A stretch of DNA of 63,028 bases, filler included, from Octopus bimaculoides (Eukaryota): NCBI RefSeq assembly GCF_001194135.2. It is 4 parts of 4 records of this genome, joined end to end, with 100 filler letters (N's around TTAATTAATTAA, not from the genome) between each part and the next. Parts side by side here need not be neighbours in the genome. Positions count along the whole stretch, not along the records: positions 31,107 to 59,178 come from NC_068983.1; 3 more parts are not named here. One strand, 5' to 3'. Positions within the stretch are counted from its first letter, which is position 1. The number at the start of each line of letters is the position of its first letter. The notes under the pieces were generated by a model that had not been told where the DNA came from, ran no database searches, and saw only the letters and a program-made list of their open reading frames with translations. Of the stretch, positions 35,608 to 49,100 are shown piece by piece. The position numbers were made by a program, and so were the translations under genes.

Positions 35608-38600
35608 GTAACTTTTATTTCTCAATTATGATTTTGTGTATGTGTGTAGGAAAGAAATTTTCTTTTATTGCCAAACCTTTATTGAAACACTCAAACAAAT
35701 ACAGATGTACGTCCTCATAAATGAAACATCCCCAGTACTAAACAGAAGATATACGTAGAAAGTAGTGATACCCCAATACCCACTGTTTAACCCTTTTTTT
35801 GTTATTACAAAGGGATAGTGTTGACACATATACATGCAAGCATCCATCCCATCTAAACTTGGAAAAGTGGTTGTTAAAGTGATGATGGTATATTTGACTG
35901 AGGACTGGCAAACCAGATGGCTGCACCAGGCTCCAATCTAATCTGGCAGAGTTTCTACAGCTGGATGCCCTTCCTAACACCAACCACTCTGAGAGTGTAG
36001 AGGGTGCTTTTACGTTCCACCAACACGAGGGCCAGTCTGGCAGTACTGGCAACGGCCACGCTCAAATGGTGTTTTTTATGTGCCACCTGCACAGGAGTCA
36101 GTCCAGCGGCACTGGCAACGACCTCACTCGGATGTTTTGTTCACGTGCCAGTAAGGCGACACTGTTAACGATCACGCTCAAACGGTGCTTTTTACGTGCC
36201 ACCAGCTCGGAAGCCAGACAGCTGCTCTGGCAATGATCCCGCTCGGATGGTGCTGTTAGCACTCCACTGGCACGGGTGCCAATCATCGAATTTGGTTCAA
36301 TTTCGATTTCACTTGCCCTAACAGGTCTTCGCAAGCAGAGTTTAGTGTCCAATAAAGGAAGGTTGGCATGGGTGCCAGTCGTCGAATTTGGTTTGATTTC
36401 GATACATACATACGAATGCACACACATACACACAGATGAAAAAACACATATGTCAGGGTGTAGTGGTTTGGGAGTGAAAAGGGCCAAATCAAAGAAGGTG
36501 AGATGGAATAGGAAAAGAGAGGAGGATAAATAAAAGGGTCTTTTTTTTTTTAATGATGAATTATTCTTGTTCCTGTTATATTTCAGTTCCTTAATGCTGT
36601 GAACCTGGTTTGTGAAGGCCACCTGTCTAATGAACAAAGTGTTACCTATTTACAACACCTGCCAGAACAACAAAGTGTGAGTGCTGTCACAAACAGTGGA
36701 AGTATTCTTTTATGGTTTTACCTGGAACAACTTGTAAGTTTATCATTTGCTATGCTTCTGTTTTCATTTTGACTGTTAAGTGATAGGAAATATTGAATCT
36801 GCCAGATCAGATTGGAGCCTGGTGCAGCCATCTGGTTCGCCAGTCCTCAGTCAAATCGTCCAACCCATGCTAGCATGGAAAGCAGACGTTAAACGACGAT
36901 GGTGGTGGCCGTGGCGGTCTGTTTGTGGATGATTTGATCAATAGGAAATTGTAAACTTGAGCAAGAGGGTTTTAAAGCAAAATTCACCATCATCTCTCTC
37001 ACTATCATTCTCCTTATCTTACTCTCTAACTCTCTCCTTTCTTTTTCAACTGGATTATCCCTATTTCTACATCAAGACACCTATCTTTGTCGCTCTATAC
37101 CTTTAATCTCTCAACTGGTACAAAGCCATCCACACCTCAATACTACCCCTCCCCTCTCTTTTGAGGGGTTTCTGCTTTTCTTTTAGTCTCTTTTGGTCTT
37201 GCAAGGTACTTGGTGACCCTGTCAGTGACAGTGCCACATGAAAAGCACCAGTGCTGGTGCCATGTAAAAAGCACTAGTCCTGGTGCTGCATGAAAAGCAC
37301 CCAATACACTCTGTAAAGTGGTTGATATTAGGAATGGCATCAAGCTGTAGAAACCCTGCCAAAACAGACCATGGAGCCTAGCATGGCTCCTGGTATCGCC
37401 AGCTCCTGTCAAACCTTCCAACCCATGCCAGCATGGAAAATGGATGTTAAATGATGATGATTGGTGAGAAAAATGACAAGGAATTAAAACTGCTGGCCAT
37501 TGTATAGTGGAGAAAACTCAATGTTGCTATGAACACATAACCATCAGAAAGCAGCAGTTTTTGTTTTAATGCCCATTTTTCCATGCTTGGCTGGGTCAGA
37601 CAGAATACATTGAGGTAGATTTTCTATGACCAGATTCCCTTCCTGTTGACAGCCCGCACCTGTTTCCTAGTTGGGTAATATTTCTCTATGGCCAGACATG
37701 TTTTTCCACAGAAGACTGGAAATGAAAGAATCTGCCTGTATGACTGTGATACTCATTTATAAATATCTCCTGATGTCAAGCCAAAAAATCTCAAAAACAC
37801 ATGTGGTTCATTGTCATTCCATCTGTCACCGAATGGTGACCATCTCATTGCTGTATTTGCATATATTGATATGTTTGTTGCTGGACATATTCAGCCTTCA
37901 TACCCTGCATTCTGTTACTATCTTGGAGTCTTCACAATGATGTTCCTCTTAAATTTCTTCTTTCTCACAGGTTGAATGTGTTGGTGATGTTGAAGATGGC
38001 ATTATTGGTTCTGCTTGGAGTCCTGACCAAGAACTGTTAGTTGTTATTTCAGGTATCTAATACAACATTTCTTCCATCATTCATTGGTACTGGCATAGGT
38101 TGGCTGGGTACTTAGTGGAACAAAGTAATTTTATGGTTGGATGCTCTTTCTGTCACCAATCCTTGGAGTTACTACTTTGAGAGCTTTAGGATAGAATGTT
38201 TACTAAAAATGTTAATACAATTTTTTTTTTGCTTTGTTTTGTTTATCTGGTCTCATGTGAAAAGTAAAAATGACAGCCTTCATATGTGTGCACCACACAC
38301 ATACATAATGGACTTCCAGACAACTTCAGTCAATCACTTTCACTCCCAAAGCATTGTTCAGCTCAAAGCAATAATAGAAGACACTTGCCTGAGGCACTGG
38401 ACATTGAGATTGAACTTGAGACCATGTAGTTGTGAAGTGAACTTCTTAATCTGCCAGATATGTCTGCACCTAATTTTTCTGTTCAATTAATTTTATTTTT
38501 TAACTCAGTTAACCTTATTGGGAAAGTGTAGACTGTCCTTGCCTGTCACCCAACCTGTTGGGGCTGCAGAACATTCACAGTACTTCCAAAGTGAAGGTTT

Positions 38601-41600
38601 GGAATAAGTATACCACCATAAATTTCTTTCAACAATATTTTTGAATAGAACACATACTAGACTTAAAAAGTCTATATTTGTTCTCAGAATCTCCATGACT
38701 TGTTCTGATACTCTAAGCATTCATAACTGGCATCCCATTGGTTATGATGACCTGTGTTCCAGTTGATCCGATTGTCAGAACAGCCTGCTTGGGAAATTAA
38801 CGTGTAAGTGACTGAGCACTCCACAGATATGCATATCCTTAATGTAGTTCTCAGGGAAATTCAGCATGACTCTGACTGTGACAAGGTGAGCCCTTTGGAC
38901 TACAAGTGCTACTCATTTTTGCCAGTTGAGTGTACTGGAGCAATGTAAAAGAAAGCGTCTTCATCAAGGGAACAATGTGCTGCTGGGAATTGAACTCTCA
39001 ATCTTGAACCAAATACCCTAACCACTAAGCTACACACCTTCACAAGCATGCATAGAGGAATGGAATTTCTTGGCCCAAGAGAAGAAACTCAGAACTTTCC
39101 CACATTTTTTCTCATTTCTTTCAAAATATTCCACATGGTATTTACAAGACAGACTCCTTCTGACAAATTGCAGTCATGACATTGTGATAATTTATTTGAT
39201 GCATCAGAAACTTTCAAAATACCTTCAAGAAGAATGGCAATAAAAATAAATTTGCAGTTTATAACCTGTTTCAAAATAGCAGTTTCCTCAGTTTTGATGT
39301 TTGTCTCAGAAATGTCTTTCCCACATCCTGAAGCACAATAGGTATGTCTAGCAGTAACAGTTACTAAATACCCAGATCACCATTGTTCCAGTAAGCACTT
39401 CAGATGTGTACCTTTGTATGCAGTAAACAACTTTGGTCTGCAAAGAAAGTTTTATAAATAACTTAACACACTCCAAAAAACTATTTAACACCTAGTTTCT
39501 TCAATCGCATGAATTACAACCAAATGTGACTGGTGATTGGAGCAATGCATATCCAGAATTTCCTTTCCAATTTTCTGTTATTTCTTGGATGCCACTGGCG
39601 TAGCCAGACATTGCTGTGGCAAGGCATCATCATAGTACTGAGATAAAATGTTTTCCCGTATTAGTCCAACATCGTCAGAACTTTGAAAAATAACATTAAC
39701 CAAACTTTCGACCTTTGAGTCTTTGGTCATTGTTAAAGTGATCTAACTTTCTGATTCAACCCCCCCCCCCCNNNNNNNNNNGAAATAATTTCAGTATTTG
39801 GAGGATCCATATAATTGCTCTGTTGAATTCAAGTTATTTTATTTTACTTAGAAGTTTTTTTGTGTTTTTTTTTTTTTTAGGCTCTAATTCTTTGATTTTA
39901 ATGACCAGAGATTTTGATCTTCTGCAAGAAACAGCATTGCATCCAGATACATTTGGTGAAGGTAATTATGTTCCATGTTAAATTAATTGTCATATTGTGG
40001 GTGGTGGGTGGCAGAGTCTGTAAGGTGACCATGTGATATTCGATTACATAGCCATTATATTATGTTCAGGATTCAAATTCTACTCAAGTTGATATTAACT
40101 TGATTTTTTTCCAAGGTCAGTAAGTACTGGCATCGATATAACCAGCAGTGTCCCAGCATGGTCACAGCCCATGGACCAACATGAATTAAAGAATGGACTA
40201 AGGAAATAAAATTTGATCAAATAATTAAAGTATAAGAAATATTTTAAAATGTCTGATTTATATATTTTTCCCCTTAATTGTATTACATTTTAGCTCTCAA
40301 GTTTTCATCCATCATTAAAAAACATATTGTTTTGTGCTTATCTATTTATCATCATCATGATGCTGGCATGGATTAAACAGTATGACAGGATTTGATTAAC
40401 CTGAGGACTGCATTGTGCTTTAGTGTTTGCTTTAGCATGGTTTCTATGGCTGGGTGCCCATCCTAACACCTGCCACTTTACAGAGTGTATTGAGTGCTTT
40501 TTTCATGTCACCATCACCAGTGAAGTTGCTATGCAACTTGCAAGATTACATATAATTATTTACACACATAACAGAATGCCTGTGCCATCAATAATGACAA
40601 TGGGTGTTTTACTAAACTCTGTGATAATTACAACATTTAGGCTTGTATGTATGAATATTCAATGTTTTCCAAATGGAAGACATTGTAGTGTTATTCAGGT
40701 GTTATTCAATGATGTAAATGATGAAAATTGCTAATGAGGGTATGAGAATGTAAATAGAAACCCCAAAATAAGAGAAACACAAAATTTTATTATACACGTT
40801 TTATCACTTAATATGTAAAAATATTGCAGTCAGTGATTCATTTGTTATTCTACATTATTATTTTCTACACTAAATGTCCTACCTAATTTCATAAGTGTTG
40901 CATATGTGTATGTATTCAAAAATGCCAAAATATACGCATATGTATACACTGGTACTCACATTTTTCAAGGGACTTCAGGTTTAGTTTATGCAAAAGCTGT
41001 GCATTTACAACATATTTGACATATTCCTTGCAAATAAATTTGATGCACAGCGATAAATAAGAAAAATAAGTTGTTTATTTTTGAGCTTTATAATGAGCTG
41101 TATGTATGCTCCTACAATATAATTTAAATCTGTGAAATTTATTTTTTGTTCCAATACAAAAGCATTATATATATCATCATCATCATCATTTAGTATCTGC
41201 TTTCCATGCTGGCATTGGTTAGACTGTTTGACTGGTACTGGTAAGCCAGAGAGCTGCACCAGGTTCTAGTCTGGTTTGGCATGGTTTCTATGACTGGATG
41301 CCTTTCCTAATGCCAACCACTCTGAAAGTGTAATGGGTGTTATTTATGTGCGACTGGCATGGGTATCATCCATGTGACACCAGCATTGACCATGACTATG
41401 ATTTCACTTAGCTTGATGGGTCTTCCCAAGCACAGCATATTGCCAAAGGTCTTGGTCACTAGTCATTGTCTCCACGAGGCCCAAAGTTTGAAGACCATGC
41501 TTCACCACCTTGTCCCATATTTTCCTGGGTCTACCTCTTCCACAGGTTCCCTCCACAGAGATTGGCACTTCTTTATGCAGCTGTCCTCATCCGTACACAT

Positions 41601-43157
41601 CACATGACCATACCAGTGCAGTCATCTCTCTTGCACACCACATCTGAAGCCTCTTATGCCCAACTTTTCTCTCAAGATGCTCACACTCTGTCATACATGC
41701 ACACTGACATTGCACATCCAGTGAAGCATACTAGCTTCATTTCTTTCAAATCTCTGCATGTCCTCAGTGGTCACAGCCCATGTTTCACTGCTGTGTAGCA
41801 TGACTGTTCACACACAGGCATCACACACACATATATATATAAGGAAAAGAATCTGAAAATGCAGGAGTCTTTTAAAAGTATTTACTAACCTAACTGGTTT
41901 CACTTATTTAAAAAGATTTTCAAAAGTAAAGTATGAGGCTTTGTGTATCCTCTGTGGTGTCAAAAATTAGTTTACATAAATGTATTGAAATCAAGTGATA
42001 GAGTCTTTGACAATGATAGGAAAAATGTTGAGGCTTTGTGTATCCTCTGTGATGAATCAAAAAATAGTTTACATAAAACATTCAGATCCGGGAATAAAAA
42101 GTTTTAACAATGATAAGAAAATAAAAATTAGTTTACATAAATATATCCAAATCTAGTAATAGAGTCTTTGACAAGAAGATAAGTGGTGTTTGGTTTGTCA
42201 ATCAATGGGTGCTAAAGTGTTAGTCTTATTGATGGTTTCTGATTACAGTGAGACTTGTACTTTAGCACTCACTGACTGACAAACCAAACACCATTTATCT
42301 TCTTGTCAAAGACTCTATTACTTGATTTATGTAAACAATTTTTACCTTCTTATCATTGTGAAGCATTTTATTCCCTGATCTGAATGTTTTTATGTAAACT
42401 ATTTTTTGATTCATCACAGAGGATACACAATGCCTCAATAATTTTCCTATCATTGTCAAAGACTCTATCACTTGATTTCAATACATTTGTGTAAACTAAT
42501 TTTTCACACTACAGACGATACACAAAGCCTCATACTTTACTTTTGAAAATCTTTTTAAATAAGTAAAACCGGTTAGGTTAATAAATACTTTTAAAAGATT
42601 CCTGCATTTTCAGATTCTTTTCCTTATATTTTTACTTGTGCTGTAACCCCCAACTTTAATTTGTTGTGTGTGTGTGTGTGTGTATACATAGAATGTATTG
42701 CATATATGCATAGAAATCCAATCGTGCAGTGTAATGAAAAGGCTTAAGATAAATGCATGGAATCTCTCAGTAAGTTGAATATATAAGGTAATAGTAGAAT
42801 ATATGTAGTAGAATAATTAATAGTGGAATTAATTTGCATATGCAAATACATATATTGTATTAAATATATATTGACACATAGTGTACTGTATATATTGATT
42901 AGATTTACCAATGAGAAAAAAGAGAAAATTAATTTAATCATCAGAATTTATGAATATAAAAACATTAGTCAAGCATTATGAGACAAAGAAGACAGCGGGA
43001 TGAACTTTCAAGTACAAAATATAAACAGAACAACTGCAGCCAGTAAGTAGAGCCTGTGTCAGATAATCTAGAAAGTAAACCACATAAAGGGGAACAACTT
43101 CCACAATTTGAATGGGTTGTATGCACAAAACATTATGTATATAAAAATACAATTAAC

Positions 43158-43190
<33 letters not shown>

Positions 43191-46100
43191 AAAATTTATA
43201 ATTATAAATTTTATTCTCTAGCTATTGAATGCTATTATTACTTGCTATATTTTTACACCTGTATTTTTGTTGTTGTTATTATCTAAATTTACTGCTGATA
43301 ATAATACCAATAAAATTATCTTTGTAGATATTCATTTGAATATTCACTCCTTATATATATAATATATAGATAGATAGATATCTTTCTTTATTAGCCACGC
43401 AGGGCTGAACACAGAGGGGATGATACAATGTAGAATTTTTCTTTTTGAAAGAAAGAAAAGAAAAATACGATCAAAAGGGATTGAAAGTGTTTGGGACGTG
43501 TAAACAGCAAAATAAGGCGGGGTAAAAATGTAAAACAGATCAGGTTTATCCATGGAAAGAAAGGCCTATGGCACAACTGAAATAATGGTTAACAACTTTT
43601 TTGCAAAGTTTCTCATTACACCAGGTAAAAAAAAACCAGTAAATTTTCACCATATTGCATCGTTATCATTAGCATAACAATGCTAATGATAATTGAATCC
43701 AATATTGGCAGATTGACGGGATTGGTAGACAGATAACCAAAATGCCTTTTAATATTTAGTTAATCCAAAGGTGGCCAGCTGGTAGAATCGTTAGTACACT
43801 GGGTGAAATGCTTAGTGGCATTTCTTCTGTCTTTACATTCTGAGTTCAAATTCTGCTAAGGTCAACTTTGTCTTTCATCCTTTTGAAGAGTATATCAGCT
43901 GAAACGTGTTAACAAGCAAGATGAGGACAAATATCTGTCAAATGTAAATAATGTTTCATTTTCAGATGAATTTTTTTTATAGTATTTTTAATGCTGGTTA
44001 TGAAAATGACTTTAGTTTTTATCTATTTCCAATATTTTATTTGAAATTTTATCTTGAGAATACCATTTTCGGCAAAAATGAGATAACTCATCTTCCAGTA
44101 TCTTCTTAGTATTTTTTTAATTATTGCTTTTATTTTTCCTAACTTTATCATCAAACGTAACAGGGAATTACACATTTATTTTACTCTTGTTTTAGCATGT
44201 CTTCTCAAATTTTTTTTTTATACATTTATTTTTCTGAGCTCAACTCAACATCTGTATATAATTTATACTAGAAAAAAAAACCCAGAAAATAGCTAGAAAT
44301 GCTGTAAATTGACATATTAACTTGTCTGTTACTGTTTTTGAAATTATGTTTTGGACGAGTTTACTTGTCACATTCTGAAAAAGACAAATTAGGTGAAGAC
44401 AAGTTAACTCATCTTTGCTGGGTAAGAGGTTAATGGCCATGTGCTAAAATTTGAAACTAACATTTAGTTAATCCCTCTATGTTCTAAGTTCAAATCCTGA
44501 TGAGGTCAACTTCATTCTTTTGAAGTCAATAACATAAAAGTGTTGGTCTTAGTTATATTGACTTTACTCTCCAAGAAATACATGGCTTTGTGCTTATATT
44601 AGAAATCAATAATAATTTAGAACAAATTTCTGTAGAATTACATTGTAGCTATTTGCTTACTCTGATGTTACTTGTCAATTCCCAGGCAGCGTTTATAATT
44701 TTAAAGCTGATTGAATGGTACTTCTCAAGTGTCAAAACCATAGTAATAATATCCATTGGGCAGCTGATGATGGGAATCCACATTTATTATGCTTGATTGT
44801 GAATTTCTTATATCTAAATCTCATTATTTTGAGTTGTCCTTCATTCTAGTAAAGTGGAAAGTGTTCATGGGGATCACTTTCGTATTGGTTGGTTTTTCTT
44901 CATAGGTAATCTTAGGCATAGATAATTCTTAGGTGTTGGTGTCTAATTTTGGGAGGTCTTATGACACATATTTCTATATGTAAAACATATTTTTCATATT
45001 AATTATTTTCTTTTAGCGGAATTCATAAACGTTGGCTGGGGTAAGAAAGAAACACAGTTCCATGGAACCGAAGGTAAAGAAGCAGCCAAGAAGAAATCTG
45101 AGGTTAAGATCCTTTCTTTCTACTTTCTTTAGATAATTTCTTAAGTTTCATGTATCTCTTCTGATATTTTACTACAGCTTCTTTTGTTACTCCTTCATGT
45201 ACAACAATTTATCTTTTTCATTTTTTATTTAAGCCAGCTCAGCCAGCCCTAGAATGGGACGATATGAAGGCCTATATTAGTTGGCGTGGAGATGGCCAAT
45301 ACTTTGTGACTTCTACCATACATCAAGGTATTGAATTTTTAATATTTCTGAAAAAGTGGCGAGCTGGCAGAAATGTTAGCACGCCGGGAGAAATGCTTAG
45401 CGGTATTTCGTCTGTCTTTACATTCTGAGTTCAAATTCCACCAAGGTCAACTTTGCCTTTCATCCTTTCGAGGTCGATTAAATAAGTACCGGTTATGCAC
45501 TGGGGTCGATGTAATTGAGTTAATCCCTTTGTCTGTCCTTGTTTGTCCCCTCTGTGGGCAATAGAGAAATAAATATTTCTGAAATATAATGTTATGTTAT
45601 TATAAATATTATTTGATCAGCTTTACTGTTACAAATATTTTAATTTACACCATTTGATGTGGTTAAGAGGCTCATTTTGTAACCACATGGTTTTGGGTTC
45701 AGTCCCACTACATGGCACCTTAAGCAAGTGTCTTTTATGGCCTCAGGCTGACCAATGCCTTGTGAGCGAATTAGGTAGATGGAAACTGGGTGAAAGCTCA
45801 TCATTCATGTGTGTGTGTATATATATGTGTTTTATGTTTGTCTCCTCACCACCACTTGACAACCAATGTGGGTTTGTTTACAACCAAATTAAGTTTTAAT
45901 ATAGAATGTTGTCTATCACAACAATTTAGTTTCAATTCTTTTACACAGTAAATTGAATAATTTTATTCAAAGTATTTAAAATATCTAAATCATTGCTTTA
46001 AATATCAGAAAATTTCTATGTTCAAGTATTTCAAAGTACACAGTACCGCCTGACTGGCCTTCGTGCCGGTGGCACGTAAAAGCACCCACTACACTCTCTG

Positions 46101-49100
46101 AGTGGTTGGCGTTAGGCAGGGCATCCAGCTGTAGAAACTCTGCCAAATCAGATTGGAGCCTGGTGTAGCCATCTGGTTCACCAGTCCTCAGTCAAATCGT
46201 CCAACCCATGCTAGCATGGAAAGCGGACGTTAAACGATGCTGATGATGTTGACCCAACCAAAGTCTTGTGAGAGGCTTTGGGGCCTCATGGGGGCAATGA
46301 CCAAGGCCTTTGGCATTATGTCGTGCTTGAGAAGAAGACCCGTCAAGCCAAGCAAAGCTGCAGTTGTGACAGATATCGGTGGCACGTAAAAGCACCCATT
46401 ACACTCATGGAGTGGTTGACATTAGGAAGAGTATCCAACTGTAGAAACCATACTGAAACAAACAACTGGATCCTAGTGCTACCCTCTAGTTTGTCAGTTC
46501 CTGTCAAACCATCCAACCCATGCCAGCATAGAAAATGGACTTTAAATGATTGATGATGATCTGTTATTAAACAGGGTAAATAGAAAGGCGGTGAGCTAGC
46601 AGAATCTGAGTGGTATTTTGTCCGTCACTATGTTCTGAGTTCAAATTCCACCGAGATTGACTTCACCTTTCGTCCTTTTGAGGTCGATTAAATAAGTACC
46701 AGTTCCACACTGGGGTCAATATAATCAACTAGTCCCTTCCCTAGAAATTTGAGGCCGTGTGCCTCCTGTAGAAAGAACTAATTAGGATAAAGAGGACCAT
46801 TTACTCTTGGTTTAGATGTAACTACCTATGTAGTTCTAGTACTTCAATAAAATGTACTCAGTATACTCCAAAAAGTGGTTGGTGTTAGGAAGGGCATTCA
46901 GGACATCAAAACAAAACCAAAAATTGAAACTTCAAACAGGATATGATCCTCCAGCACATCTCATCATCATCATCATCATCATCATTTAGCATCCGCCTTC
47001 AAGCAATATCTTGCTTGAAAACAGGTATGGATTGGTGACAGGAAGCGCATCCAGGTGGTGATGGTGATAAATTTGGTGTATTTTTTTCTTTTTGTTTTCT
47101 TAGGTTATCGTCAGCTCAGAGTTTGGACAAGAGAGGCTGTTCTTCATTCCACCAGTGAGTTAGTAGTCGGTCAAGAAAAAGAGGTTGCTTGGAAGTAAGA
47201 TTCTTTTTCTCGGGTTTTTTTTTTTTTTTTTTTTGCTGATAGGTTTTATAGAACAGAGATGTGTGGGGTGAAGTTGTTTCGTATGAGGCGGACTGAGAAT
47301 TTGATAGGAAAGCTGGGGTTGGAGGAATTGGTGGAATGGTTGGCAAGGCCGAATGGAGTGAGGTGGTATGCACATGTGTTGAGGAGGGTGATTGTGTTTG
47401 AGGTAAATGGAGCGCGAAAGCAAGGTAGACTGAAGGATTGGTTTGGAAAAGGAGGATGCCCAAAACCGGGCGAGATGGTGTGAGAGCAGTTGCTATGGCA
47501 TTGAACTAGATCTGGCCACCCCTGTTAATGGAGACAAAACCTGGATTTAAAACACTGGATGATGATGATGGTGAGGTAAGATTCTAATGAGTTGACAACC
47601 TGCTTTCACTTTCCAGTGGCAGCTATTGGACTTTAAAGATATGAACATCACAACATTTATATCTCTTTTCTCCGTTCTCAGCTAATCAGATATCGTTAGA
47701 TATCTTTGGTTACAACTAAAGGAATTCATTTTGGTTTATCACACTGTGATGTAGGATAAATATTGATTGATTGATTGGTTTTTACATTGAAAAGACAATC
47801 CAATCATTCAAATACTTAACTTATTGTAAAATGTTGTACAAAATAACTTAGCTAATCATCATCATCATTGATTAACGTCTGTTGTCCATGCTGGCATTGG
47901 TTGGACGGTTTGACTAAGGTCTGGAGGGCCAGTGGCTGCACCAGGCTCCAGTATGATCTGGCAGAGTTTCTACAGCTGGATGCCCTTCCTAATGCCAACC
48001 TCTCCGAGAGTGTAGTGGGTGCTTTTTACATGTCACGATCGGTTGGTGCTTTTTACATGCCACCGGTACCAGAACCAGTAATGTTGAGGTAATTATTGAA
48101 ATGTTATACAAATAATGAACCCAATAACTAGGCTTCCAAGTGTAAAGATGGTGGTAAACTACATCTTGAGGGATTTAATCTGAGACTGACCTTTTAGCTT
48201 TACAAAATAAATTTGAACGACTTAGTTGATGGTGGCTCAATTAGTTTTGTTGGAGTTTTTTAACCATTTAGTTAGCAAGGGAATGGAAGCATCCAGGATC
48301 CTTTTTCAAGGTTTCCAGGGTTAGACTTGACCCAAATACTATAACAGAGTGAAGTCCCCTAGAAGCACCTAAAGATCACATGGTGTTAAACCAGGCAATC
48401 GGCTAACTCTGATAATGTACAACTGCATTGATAGTTATAGGTTGGCCAAAAATGACTTGGAATGTGTACATTGTATCAGACCTTCTCTGCAGTTAAATTT
48501 CATCTGTATAAGGCAGTGTAGGATGGTGATATGGTCTTGTAAGAACTTATCCATTCTGTACTTAATACAAACCTCTTATCTTTTCCTTTCATTTCAGACC
48601 TACTGGCAGTTTAATTGTTAGTTCTCAGGTCAAGCCAAATAAACATGATATTATATTCTTTGAACAGAATGGTTTACAACATGGGGAGTTCACTTTACCT
48701 TTTGATGTTCAAACCACACAGGTATCTATTTCAATTTAGCCTATTAATTTTTTAAAGCTATTTACTTGTTTTGGCTGTAATTTTTTTTTTGCTTTATTTG
48801 ATTTATTTTAACGCTTTGACACCAACCCACCTGAGACACATGTGCCTCTTTGATACAAACTTTCCATTTTAAAGTGTTCTAAATTAAAATCTCCCATAAA
48901 AATTTCATGTTAATAATTAACTGAAATAAAAGCAGTGTGTTTCAACAGAAGTATGGTAATGAAAGGGCCAAATAGTTGCTATAAAGAAGGGACACTAACA
49001 CATGCATACATCTACATGAATATATATAAATATAGGTGTGCATGCTTCTTTGAGGCTTTTTCTTTAGCTGGATCACCCTTGCTTACCCCTAACCTCAGTT

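Noticed and set aside
44850-44905. AG...GT-bounded 56-nt segment in ELP1 intron 4 that would act as a poison exon
   Set aside because: Such site pairs occur by chance in AT-rich introns; no homology or expression evidence
45017-45102. AAA/GAA/CAA codon richness of ELP1 exons as autoregulation
   Set aside because: Expected from the AT-rich codon bias of this genome; no test against background was possible
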